Below are positions 8,414-17,188 of a stretch of DNA of 64,000 nt, piece after piece. Under the pieces are notes generated by a model. That model was given only the letters and a program-made list of their open reading frames with translations. It ran no database searches and was not told where the DNA came from. The DNA comes from Oceanispirochaeta sp. Its GTDB lineage: Bacteria; Spirochaetota; Spirochaetia; DSM-2461. Every line of letters starts with the position of its first letter. Position 1 is the stretch's first letter. The stretch covers positions 2,464,001 to 2,528,000 of the forward strand of contig CAXXOA010000001.1 in the NCBI GenBank assembly GCA_963666275.2, in the 5' to 3' direction. Position numbers and translations under genes: made by a program.

Positions 8414-8432
8414 GAATGAGAGACTTCTCTTT

Positions 8433-9416
8433 TTACTCAGAATCCCGGATCTCCTGGAGCTGATTCTCCAGATCCCGGATCTCCTTCTCCCAGAACGCGT
8501 CGGAACCCCAGTCGGGAAAGTTGTGGCGGAATTTGAAGTCCTCTTTCTGACGGCCGCACCAGGCCAGGTAGTAGACCATCCGCATGGCCCGCAGCGGTTC
8601 AATAAGACGGATTGAAGAGGGAGACAGATGCCGGAACTCCTGATACCCGTCCAGGAGGAGAAAAAACTCTCTCCGGCACTCGGAAGCATGTCCCGGCATC
8701 AGAAGCCAGATATCCTGTACGGCCGGGCCCATGGCCATATCATCAAAATCGATAACCATCAGGCCCTCTTCCATGCGGTCGAGAATATTGCCGCAGTGAA
8801 AATCGCCGTGAATCCGCAGAAGCGGCTCCTCTGTAAACAGGGGGGTAATCAGATCCAAAATGGAAGTCGTGACGGATTCGAAGGCTCTCCTATAGGAGGG
8901 GGTGACCCAGTCCTTTTGAAGTATATCCCCCACATCCTTCAGAAAAGCTCCCTCAGGGGAAATAACAGGGCGGTGAAAAGCCTTCTCCTTAGCCCCTGCC
9001 GTATGAAGTCTGCCCAGCAGCTGGCCCAAACGGTACCACTGATCATCCTCTTCGCGGAACTCCCAGAGGCGTCCTCCCATTTTTGGAAAGAGAGCGAAGT
9101 AGATCCCCTCTTCTGTCCTCCCCAGGGTTTCATCGGATTTCAGAAATTCCGGCACAGCCACAGGGATATCCGCCTCGTAGCAGTCTTCCATAAAATCATG
9201 CTCTTCCATAAGTGCCCGGGCACTCCAGCGGCCGGGACGGTAGAATTTGACAACATAACGCTCTCCCTCATCGCTCTCCATTTCATACACCCTGTTAATA
9301 TAGCTGGGGAGAGGATTCGTGAATCCTGTAAATCTGAGATCTGTATGGGATTCCACGGCCTGAAGGATCCTGTCGGGAGTCAGGCTCTCGAAGTCGGGAG
9401 TGCTGTTTTCATTCAT
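8433..9416 (-). CDS. srkA: Ser/Thr protein kinase, SrkA/RdoA (YihE) family
   Basis: SYINRVY, VVKFYRPGRWS, EEHDF, RIHGDFHCGNI, DFDD, GPAVQDIW, IEPLRAMR. Confidence 0.92.
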   Translation of the reverse strand: MNENSTPDFESLTPDRILQAVESHTDLRFTGFTNPLPSYINRVYEMESDEGERYVVKFYRPGRWSARALMEEHDFMEDCYEADIPVAVPEFLKSDETLGRTEEGIYFALFPKMGGRLWEFREEDDQWYRLGQLLGRLHTAGAKEKAFHRPVISPEGAFLKDVGDILQKDWVTPSYRRAFESVTTSILDLITPLFTEEPLLRIHGDFHCGNILDRMEEGLMVIDFDDMAMGPAVQDIWLLMPGHASECRREFFLLLDGYQEFRHLSPSSIRLIEPLRAMRMVYYLAWCGRQKEDFKFRHNFPDWGSDAFWEKEIRDLENQLQEIRDSE

Positions 9417-9483
9417 GCTTCCCAGAATACCCGGACTGTCAGGAAAAATGAAGTCTTAGAGGAAAAAACCCGACAATGGTAGG

Positions 9484-10473
9484 ATGAAAAGAGAAATCAA
9501 ATGCGCCATTATCGGCCTGGGAAGGATAGCCTCCACTCTGGAGGATGATAAATACAGAGAAAAACCGGCCACCCACGCGGGCGCGGTCAACGCCAATGCC
9601 AGAACTGTGCTGGCAGGGGGCTTTGATATTGACCCGGAAGCACGGAAAACTTTTGCTCAGAGATGGAATCTGAACCCGGAAACAGACCTCTTCACCTCCT
9701 CAGAGGAACTGATAGAAACCAAAAAGCCGGATATTCTCCACATAGCCACCCACGAGGACTCCCATCTGACCTACCTTGCTCAGGCTGTAGCGTTATCCGT
9801 CCCGGTGGTGATTCTTGAAAAACCAGTGAGCAACAGTTTAAGAAAAGCTGTGAACGCCGGGAAAAATCCTGGCAGAACCCGGGTCCTGGTGAACCATGAA
9901 AGGCGCTATTCCAGGGACTATCAGATGGTGAAAGAGCACATCAGAAAGGAAACCTACGGATCACTCGAGTCTATAAGCGGAAGGCTCTATATGGGGATGA
10001 AAAGGCCTGTCAGGAGCATACTGCTTCACGACGGAACCCATATGATGGACATTATTTCCTTTCTGACAGGAGAGCCTCTGAAAAAACTGAAGATTCACAG
10101 GGTGGGAAAAGGAGATCAGACAGTCTACGCTTCCGCCCGATGCGGCAAAACAGCCGTTATGTGCGAGTTCGGCAACAGCCGGGATCATCTTATCTTTGAG
10201 CTGGAACTGTCCTTTTCGAAGGGAAGAATCAGGATCGGCAACGGGATATACGAAGAGTATGAGAGCCGGGAGTCCACTTTCTACGAAAAGATACGCTCCC
10301 TCTATCCGGCGGATTACAGCAGCCCGGGTAAAACAGGGTATTTTGAAAGGATGCTGGAAGATGCGGTGAAGGTTTTTGACAATCCCGAATTACGTCCCGT
10401 CTCATCCTATCAGGATGGTCTGGAGTCTTTAAAACTGATTGAGCAGATAAGAAAAAAATTACCCCGCTCTTAA
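9484..10473 (+). CDS. Gfo/Idh/MocA family oxidoreductase
   Basis: IIGLGRIA Rossmann motif, ILEKPV, NHERRY, LLHDGTHMMD. Confidence 0.9.
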   Translation: MKREIKCAIIGLGRIASTLEDDKYREKPATHAGAVNANARTVLAGGFDIDPEARKTFAQRWNLNPETDLFTSSEELIETKKPDILHIATHEDSHLTYLAQAVALSVPVVILEKPVSNSLRKAVNAGKNPGRTRVLVNHERRYSRDYQMVKEHIRKETYGSLESISGRLYMGMKRPVRSILLHDGTHMMDIISFLTGEPLKKLKIHRVGKGDQTVYASARCGKTAVMCEFGNSRDHLIFELELSFSKGRIRIGNGIYEEYESRESTFYEKIRSLYPADYSSPGKTGYFERMLEDAVKVFDNPELRPVSSYQDGLESLKLIEQIRKKLPRS

Positions 10474-10505
10474 GCAGAAAATCCTGCCGGCAAACGGGGT
10501 ATTTA

Positions 10506-11474
10506 TCAGATGCTTCTGGATTCGAGCATGGAAAACAGTGTCCTGAAAGCATCTGAAGAAGAGCTTTCGGGAAGATTATCCAGCAGTTCCAGAGCCTGCT
10601 TTTTAAAATCTTTGGCCGCATCATCGGCACTTGCGGCATACCCTCTGTTCACAATCCTTTTCCGGACTCCCGGAATAAAGGGACGTAAAAAAGGATGGGC
10701 GTCATAAAAAGTGACAACAGGATCTTTCTCTTCCAGTGCAAGGATCAGAGGGAGAGTGGGAATACCTTCCTTGAGATCCTTTCCTGTTTTCTTCCCGAGT
10801 TTCCCCGGTTTGCCGATATAGTCGAGAATATCATCCTCTACCTGAAAAGCCATTCCGAAGAGTGTACCCAGCTGGTAGAGTTTTTCCCTTATATCCTGTT
10901 CAGATCCAGTAGCTTGCGCTCCGGCCATACAGGCCAGACCGAAAAGTTCAGCTGTTTTTCCTTTGATTCGTTTTAAATAGGCTTCCCGGCCTATATTCAG
11001 CTGACTTCCATGAAAATCCTGATCAATCTCTCCCAGGCAGATGGTACTGATGCCATCGAGAAAGAGAGGGATCATTTCGGTATCACATTCAGGTGCGGCC
11101 ATTTTCATGGCCACAGACATAAGATAATCCCCTGCCAGAACCGCCCTTTTGATCCCCATAGTTTTATGGAGGGTCGGGACTCCTCTTCTGGTGGAAGCCT
11201 TATCAATAACATCATCGTGAATCAATGTGGCTATATGAAGGAGCTCCACCGAAGCGGCAACGGAAGCAATGTTTTCGTTCTCTTTTGTTCCCCACTGCGC
11301 TGAGAGGAGAACAAAAGCGGGACGGAGCATCTTTCCGTTGCTGAGCAGAAGCCGGGCCAGATCATCTCTGATCCCGGAAGGACTTTCATCCACTATCCCC
11401 CGGATATGTTTTTCCACATTTTCCAGGGGTGAGGCTAATGCCGGGAAGTCATTCCATAATGGATGCAGTGACAA
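10506..11474 (-). CDS. Long-chain polyprenyl diphosphate synthase (HepT/DmkB-like)
   Basis: GKMLRP, LIHDDVID (first Asp-rich motif), RRG, FQVEDDILD (second Asp-rich motif), GKDLKEG. Starts 1 bp after the ndh stop. Confidence 0.92.
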   Translation of the reverse strand: MSLHPLWNDFPALASPLENVEKHIRGIVDESPSGIRDDLARLLLSNGKMLRPAFVLLSAQWGTKENENIASVAASVELLHIATLIHDDVIDKASTRRGVPTLHKTMGIKRAVLAGDYLMSVAMKMAAPECDTEMIPLFLDGISTICLGEIDQDFHGSQLNIGREAYLKRIKGKTAELFGLACMAGAQATGSEQDIREKLYQLGTLFGMAFQVEDDILDYIGKPGKLGKKTGKDLKEGIPTLPLILALEEKDPVVTFYDAHPFLRPFIPGVRKRIVNRGYAASADDAAKDFKKQALELLDNLPESSSSDAFRTLFSMLESRSI

Positions 11475-11475
11475 A

Positions 11476-13473
11476 TTACCGGCTCCGTTTCTTACCCTTC
11501 AGTCTGGGTTCTCCAAAGTAAAGGTAGGTTTTATGAGCCAGAGATGTTCCGTTCCACCATTTTTTCAGCCAGGGCATTACCCAGTAGTCGAGACCGCAGT
11601 TTCTTCCGGCTCCACCGAGCATAATGACGGCGGCGAAAATAAACCACAGCTGAGCCCAGGTAAACATACCGGAAAGGATGAATACAAGACACATGATAAT
11701 GGACACACCCGCAGCGGGGAATGTGAACAGTCCGCCGATAAGAGCCAGACCGATAAGCATTTCCACAGAAACGATCATGACCTGGAAGAACTGGAAGGGC
11801 AGATAAGCCATCATGCCATCCATAAAAGTCTGACGGAACCAGGTTGAAACAACACCGTTGAAAGAGAAGATACTATTGGCAGTATCCCATACAGGTCCCC
11901 AGGTGTGAGCGGCTGCTGTTGTTACAGCTTCACCGGCACCGGATGCGGCACTGACAGTTTCTACAACAGCTTCAGCAGCACCTGATGCGGCACTTACGGT
12001 TTCAGCCGCGTACTCAACTACTGCTTCTGCGGCTTCAGACGCGGCGGAACCGGCATCAGCAGCTTTTTCAAGCCCTGCCTGAACAACGCCCTGAGAGAAC
12101 ATCCATGCGGAACTGGAACCTTTGTCAAAGTTAAACCAGCCTTCGCCGATTTTATTGATTCCTTCAAAGAGCCACATCAGACCAAGCCACAGCCTCAAGG
12201 GAAGGGCAAAAAGACCGTTGATTTTACCGGCTACCAGCCCCCCCAGGAAAGACCTGTTGTTTTTGATATCGAAGATTTCATGTTTGAGATATTTCCACCA
12301 GGCGTTCACACCGGCGACAGTACTCAGGTAATAAACATTCACAAGATGTTTCAGTGCCATGGCGGGCATACCGGACAGAGCGATGCCTCCGGTATAGGAC
12401 ACGGCGTAGCGTCCACCGATAGAAACCATGAATCCATGGAAGCTGGATTTGAAATGTTTCACTTCACCCTTTCCGGTAATGGCGTGAATAATATTCTTGG
12501 CCGCTACTGCAGCAGTCTGCTCCGCCGCCTCAACGATCTGGGGAAGGGGTCTTTCATTTTCAAGCAGCCACACCGCATCTCCTGCCAGATAGACGTTATC
12601 GTTATCCGGAGATTTCATTGTGTCGTCAACTCTCAGCCTGTCAACGTGACCGATGGTCATGCCGGTTTCGGCGGCAAAGGAACTTCCTTTGATACCGCAG
12701 GTCCAGATCAGGGTACCGCATTCGATAACGGTTCCGTCTTTCAGGGTAAGAGACCCTTCTTCGGCTTTGCTGATAAAGGAGTTCAGGACAAACTTGACGC
12801 CCTTCTTTTCCATGTATTTATGAGCTTTTGCACGGGGACCTTCGGGAATCATATTCAGGATATGGCCCAGACCCTCTACATTGATCAGCTCAACCTCATC
12901 CTCATCGATATCGTACTCTTTACAAAGGAGAGGAAGATTTTCGATCAGTTCTCCGATCATCTCTATACCTGTAAAACCGGCACCGGCCACAACAAAGGTC
13001 AGCAGTTTTTTTCTTTTTACAGGATCTTTCTCGTGGGTCGCCTTCTGAATCACATCAATGATGTGTTCCTGAATCTTGATGGCGTCTTCGTAGCTCCACA
13101 GAGACAGAGAGTTTTCTTTAACACCGGGAATACCGAAATCGGTAGCTTCCGCCCCTGTACCCATCAGAAGATAGTCGTACTCATAGGTTGCGGTATCAGA
13201 AACAAGCACCTGCTTCTCTCTGTCTATTGTTTTAATGGTGTCACGGACAATGTTTACTTTTTTACCGGCGAAGATTCTGTCAAAAGAGATCTTTACACAG
13301 CCGCGTCCTACTCTTTCACCAGCAATCTCGTGAAGTTCTGTCATCAGAGTATGATAATTGTTCTTATCAATAAGAGTGATCTCTACTCCGGAATCTTTTT
13401 TAAAGGCCTTGTGGAAGATTTTACCGGCATGAACACCGGCGTATCCACCACCCAGGATAACTATTTTTGTCAT
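11476..13473 (-). CDS. ndh: Type II NADH dehydrogenase with C-terminal DoxX-like membrane domain (Ndh2-like)
   Basis: GGGYAG and GAGFTGIE dinucleotide motifs, LAGD, PQIVEAAEQTA, then PLRLWLGLMWLFEGINK and EMLIGLALIGGLFT...GAGRNCGLDYWVMPWL membrane domain. ATG 13473 follows AAGGGG. Confidence 0.9.
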   Translation of the reverse strand: MTKIVILGGGYAGVHAGKIFHKAFKKDSGVEITLIDKNNYHTLMTELHEIAGERVGRGCVKISFDRIFAGKKVNIVRDTIKTIDREKQVLVSDTATYEYDYLLMGTGAEATDFGIPGVKENSLSLWSYEDAIKIQEHIIDVIQKATHEKDPVKRKKLLTFVVAGAGFTGIEMIGELIENLPLLCKEYDIDEDEVELINVEGLGHILNMIPEGPRAKAHKYMEKKGVKFVLNSFISKAEEGSLTLKDGTVIECGTLIWTCGIKGSSFAAETGMTIGHVDRLRVDDTMKSPDNDNVYLAGDAVWLLENERPLPQIVEAAEQTAAVAAKNIIHAITGKGEVKHFKSSFHGFMVSIGGRYAVSYTGGIALSGMPAMALKHLVNVYYLSTVAGVNAWWKYLKHEIFDIKNNRSFLGGLVAGKINGLFALPLRLWLGLMWLFEGINKIGEGWFNFDKGSSSAWMFSQGVVQAGLEKAADAGSAASEAAEAVVEYAAETVSAASGAAEAVVETVSAASGAGEAVTTAAAHTWGPVWDTANSIFSFNGVVSTWFRQTFMDGMMAYLPFQFFQVMIVSVEMLIGLALIGGLFTFPAAGVSIIMCLVFILSGMFTWAQLWFIFAAVIMLGGAGRNCGLDYWVMPWLKKWWNGTSLAHKTYLYFGEPRLKGKKRSR
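11909..12066 (-). repeat. Intragenic Ala/Ser-rich repeats in ndh (DAGSAAS, ETVSAAS x2)
   Basis: AADAGSAASEAAEAVVEYAAETVSAASGAAEAVVETVSAASGAGEAVTTAA; two near-identical DNA units 42 nt apart. Confidence 0.85.
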
Positions 13474-13680
13474 GAGTTTCCCCTTCATGGAATGAATATT
13501 TTTATATCGCTCTAATCTTATCGAATACTATAATATTTTGTGTCAATGAATCAATCAAGTAATAGTCACTCTTATTCAAAAAAAATCGTACTTTTTTAGT
13601 ATCCTTCCTGCTGAATTCTAAAAATCAGACCTTTCAGCAGCTATGCTGTTCGGGGTTTTTTTGCCGATCCTCCATTTCTG

Positions 13681-13749
13681 AGACCAATAAAACCAAAAAG
13701 CCCAATATAGCAAGAAAGATTGCCTATCTGTCAGAGATCGGGCTAAGTT
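13681..13749 (+). promoter_or_regulatory. Three 9-bp-period direct repeats upstream of a weak sigma70 promoter (candidate response-regulator sites)
   Basis: AGACCAAT-A-AAACCAAA-A-AGCCCAAT (13681-13706), then TTGCCT-N18-TAAGTT. Confidence 0.55.
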
Positions 13750-13796
13750 TTATTCGATATTTTTTTAACCATTATTTTCATACAAGGAGGGTCTTA

Positions 13797-15518
13797 ATGA
13801 TCCGTTTTAAAAGATTTACAGGCATTGTTCTGTTAATGATGCTCTTTTTTATCGGGTGCTCAGGCAAAGCAGTATACAATGCCGGCACCTACACTGGCGA
13901 AGGAGAAGGTCACGGAGGAACTATTGCTGTTTCGGTAACTGTAGATGACAAAGCTATCAAGTCTATTGAAGTGATCGAAAACCATGAGTCCGATTTCAGC
14001 CTCGGCCCCATTCAGACACTGATTAAAAAGGCCATCGACGCCAACAGCGGCGATATCGATGCCGTCAGCGGTGCCTCAGAAACTTCTGCAGGCATGATTG
14101 CCGCCATACAGGCAGCCCTGGCAAAGGCAGCTACCGGAAACGCTTCAACAGCTGCCGTATCAGCTTCTGAAGCTGTCACACTGAAAGATGAAACCACTGA
14201 TATTGTTGTCATCGGTGCCGGCGGTGCCGGTCTCTCCGCAGCCAAAGCGGCGGCGGACAAAGGGGCTGATGTCATTGTGCTTGAAAAAATGGCTTTTGTC
14301 GGTGGTAACACCAACTATGCCACCGGCGGTCTCAATGCGGCGGAAACAAAACAGCAGGCGGAAAAAGGAATCGAAGATTCGATCGAACAGTTTTTCAATG
14401 ACACTATGAAAGGCGGAAAAAATCTGAACAACCCCGACCTGGTTCGTGTACTGACATCCCGGTCCCGGGAGTCCGTGGAATGGCTGACTTCCCTGGGTGC
14501 GGATCTGAGCGATGTGGGAAGAATGGGCGGATCTACAAACAACAGAACCCACCGCCCCACCGGCGGTGCCGGCGTGGGTGCCCATGTTGTGAGCGTTCTG
14601 GATGCTGCGGCTTCCCAGGTTGCCGATATCAGAACTGAAAGCAGAGTGATTGCCATTACAGCTGATGCCAATGGTGTCAACGGTGTGGATGTGGAAACTC
14701 CCGAAGGAACCTACCATATCAGCGCCGGGGCTGTTATCATCGCAACCGGAGGATTCGGCGCCAGCCAGGAGAAAGTTGTTAAATACAAACCCGAACTGAA
14801 AGGCTTCGGCACAACCAACCAGCCCGGAGCCACCGGTGATGCCCTGGATCTAGTAGCCCCTCTGAACGTGGCTCTGGTCGATATTGAGCAGATCCAGACC
14901 CATCCCACTGTTGTTCCCGTTAAAAACAAGATGATTACCGAAGCGGTCAGAGGAAACGGTGCTATTCTTGTCAACAGAGACGCCAGAAGATTTGTATCGG
15001 AACTGCAGACAAGGGATGTGGTTTCTGAAGCGGAACTGGAACAGGAAGGACAGACCGCATTCCTCCTTTTCGACCAGGGAATCAGAGAGTCCCTCTCTGC
15101 CATTGAAAAATACGCCAAAGCCGGTCTGCTCACAGAAGCGGCGTCTCTGGAAGAGCTGGCGGAAACCATGGGGCTGAATGGGGAGACTCTGGTTGAAACA
15201 GTCAATACCTACAACAGCTATGTGGATCAGGGAAGCGATCCTGACTTTGATCGCCCCGACATGCCCAGAAAAGTGGCAACCGGCCCCTTCTATATGGTGG
15301 AAGTCGGTCCTGCGGTTCACCATACCATGGGCGGTCTGAAAATCGACACGGAAACAAGAGTGATCGATACGGACGGCAACTGGGTTACCGGACTCTATGC
15401 GGCCGGTGAAGTGACCGGCGGTGTTCACGGAGCCAACAGGCTCGGTGGAAATGCCGTGGCCGATATCACGACTTTTGGAAGGATCGCCGGAGAACAGGCG
15501 GCATCTTTTATCCAATAA
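13797..15518 (+). CDS. Lipoprotein flavocytochrome-c-type fumarate reductase with N-terminal FMN-binding domain
   Basis: Lipobox FIGC; FMN-bind domain (GTYTGEGEGHGG...DIDAVSGAS); FAD motif VIGAGGAG; Fcc3-type catalytic set QTHPT, TEAVRG, ELQTRD, VHHTMGG, GANRLGG. Confidence 0.9.
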   Translation: MIRFKRFTGIVLLMMLFFIGCSGKAVYNAGTYTGEGEGHGGTIAVSVTVDDKAIKSIEVIENHESDFSLGPIQTLIKKAIDANSGDIDAVSGASETSAGMIAAIQAALAKAATGNASTAAVSASEAVTLKDETTDIVVIGAGGAGLSAAKAAADKGADVIVLEKMAFVGGNTNYATGGLNAAETKQQAEKGIEDSIEQFFNDTMKGGKNLNNPDLVRVLTSRSRESVEWLTSLGADLSDVGRMGGSTNNRTHRPTGGAGVGAHVVSVLDAAASQVADIRTESRVIAITADANGVNGVDVETPEGTYHISAGAVIIATGGFGASQEKVVKYKPELKGFGTTNQPGATGDALDLVAPLNVALVDIEQIQTHPTVVPVKNKMITEAVRGNGAILVNRDARRFVSELQTRDVVSEAELEQEGQTAFLLFDQGIRESLSAIEKYAKAGLLTEAASLEELAETMGLNGETLVETVNTYNSYVDQGSDPDFDRPDMPRKVATGPFYMVEVGPAVHHTMGGLKIDTETRVIDTDGNWVTGLYAAGEVTGGVHGANRLGGNAVADITTFGRIAGEQAASFIQ

Positions 15519-15548
15519 TCCCGAATACAGGGAATAAATACTGATTTT

Positions 15549-15590
15549 TCAGCGGATTCTCCACAGGGGAATCCGCTGATTTTTTCTTTT
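15549..15590 (+). terminator. Intrinsic terminator
   Basis: TCAGCGGATTC...GAATCCGCTGA followed by a T-run. Confidence 0.85.
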
Positions 15591-15613
15591 CCCCGTATTA
15601 TACTCTATGACTC

Positions 15614-17188
15614 ATGAAACTGAACCGTAAGATCTCTCTTACAGCCGGAATCTTCACAACCTCAATCCTTCTGCTGCTGGGATTCCTTGTCATTCAGCAG
15701 TGGTTCAGTACACTTCTCCATCAACTGGAACTCACAGCACGGGATACGGCTTATGCCATATCGGAAATGGAAGTTGTCAGAGAAAACCTTGTAAAATCCA
15801 ACGGTAGCATCCCCATCCAGAGGCGCATGGAGGAGATCCGCCTCTCCACCCGGATTCAGTACATCTATGTACTGGACAGACAGGGCGTTTTCTATGCCCA
15901 CACCATACCGGGAAGTATCGGAACAAAAGGGAGCGATCCCTTTTACCTGAAACTGCTTCAGAGCGACGCCCCCCGGACTCTTGTCAGAAGAGTCGGCAGA
16001 GCCCGGCTGACCTCGGTTGAAGCGGCCGCTCCGGTTTATTATCAGGGAGAACTGGCGGGACTCGTTGTGACGGGAGTTCTCAATGGCAGGGTGTACCAGG
16101 AGATCAGTCTGAATATTCAGACATTCGCCCTGATTATGATCCTGGCTGTTTTCATAAGCCTCTACTCCTCCCAATACCTCTCATCCAGTATAAAAAGATC
16201 CATGCAGGGGCTGGAGCCGGAAGAGATCTCGCGCCTTCTCGGTCAGAGGGCCATGACCCTGGACAACCTGAAAGAAGCTATTGTCACCGTCGATCAGTCC
16301 GCCGGGATCATCTATTTCAATACATCCGCGAAAAAACTGATCGGGCTGGGTGAACAGGACCTGGACAGACCTGTTGAGTATTTCTTTTTCGGGGAATCCT
16401 TTATTAAATGCCTTTCCGAGAAGAGAACCCTGGAAAGGGAGTTGAAAACTCCCGGAGGGATGACCCTTCAGTGCCGCATAGAACCCATATGGGATCCCCA
16501 GAGCCAGGATGTTCTCGGGGCCACAGCAGTTATGGAGGACATGACTACGGTCAGACTGAAAGCAGAGGAACTGACGGGAATAAAGCAGATCAACGAAGGC
16601 CTGCGGGCCCAGAATCATGAGTTCCTGAACAAGCTCCATACTATAGCCGGACTGATCCAGCTGGAAGAGTATGACCAGGCGGTCCATTACATCACAGGAA
16701 TCAGCCGGAACCGCCGGGAAATTACCGCTCAACTGAGCGACAGGATCAAAGATCCCGCCGTCGCAGGACTTCTTCTGGGAAAATACAACAAAGCCCAGGA
16801 ACAGAAAACGGCTTTTCTGCTGGATGAAAAATCTTTCCTTTCTGCAGGAACAGAGGAGTCCGAAACGATTAATCTGATTCTGGGGAATCTTATAGAGAAC
16901 GCCCTGGAAGAGCTCCGGGGAAAGGATCAGGGAGAGATAAGGATCAGCCTCTACGAAAAACCGGGATGCCTTATGATCCAGGTGGGAGATAATGGCGGCG
17001 GCATAGCCGAACCGGACTATGTATTTATCAGAGGGAACAGCACAAGAGGGGAGAACAGAGGCCTGGGACTCTTCCTTGTGAGGCAGAAAACCCAAAGCCT
17101 CGGGGGAGAGATAAAACTGCAGTCCCGCCCGGGAGAAACAGTTTTCACCGTGACTCTGCCTGTGCGGCCCGGAAGGGAGGAATCATGA
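15614..17188 (+). CDS. CitA/DcuS/DctS-family sensor histidine kinase
   Basis: Two TM helices around an sCache domain, GLEPEEI, PAS domain, LRAQNHEFLNKLHTIAGL H-box, ILGNLIENA, DNGGGI, RGLGL. Confidence 0.93.
   Translation: MKLNRKISLTAGIFTTSILLLLGFLVIQQWFSTLLHQLELTARDTAYAISEMEVVRENLVKSNGSIPIQRRMEEIRLSTRIQYIYVLDRQGVFYAHTIPGSIGTKGSDPFYLKLLQSDAPRTLVRRVGRARLTSVEAAAPVYYQGELAGLVVTGVLNGRVYQEISLNIQTFALIMILAVFISLYSSQYLSSSIKRSMQGLEPEEISRLLGQRAMTLDNLKEAIVTVDQSAGIIYFNTSAKKLIGLGEQDLDRPVEYFFFGESFIKCLSEKRTLERELKTPGGMTLQCRIEPIWDPQSQDVLGATAVMEDMTTVRLKAEELTGIKQINEGLRAQNHEFLNKLHTIAGLIQLEEYDQAVHYITGISRNRREITAQLSDRIKDPAVAGLLLGKYNKAQEQKTAFLLDEKSFLSAGTEESETINLILGNLIENALEELRGKDQGEIRISLYEKPGCLMIQVGDNGGGIAEPDYVFIRGNSTRGENRGLGLFLVRQKTQSLGGEIKLQSRPGETVFTVTLPVRPGREES

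Noticed and set aside
4300..8432. Integron cassette array, prophage or IS element
   Set aside because: No integrase, transposase or phage genes, and no repeated attC-like sites with RYYYAAC/GTTRRRY ends were seen.
12280..13515. Long antisense ORFs (for example 12280-13515+, 3185-4078+, 43705-44799+, 45562-46704-, 56634-57698-, 33613-34560-)
   Set aside because: They lie opposite well-supported genes and have no recognisable motifs, so they are shadow ORFs.
13500..13680. Rex or FNR site upstream of ndh
   Set aside because: Only half-site-like matches (TTGTG, TTGAT) without the correct palindromic partner or spacing.
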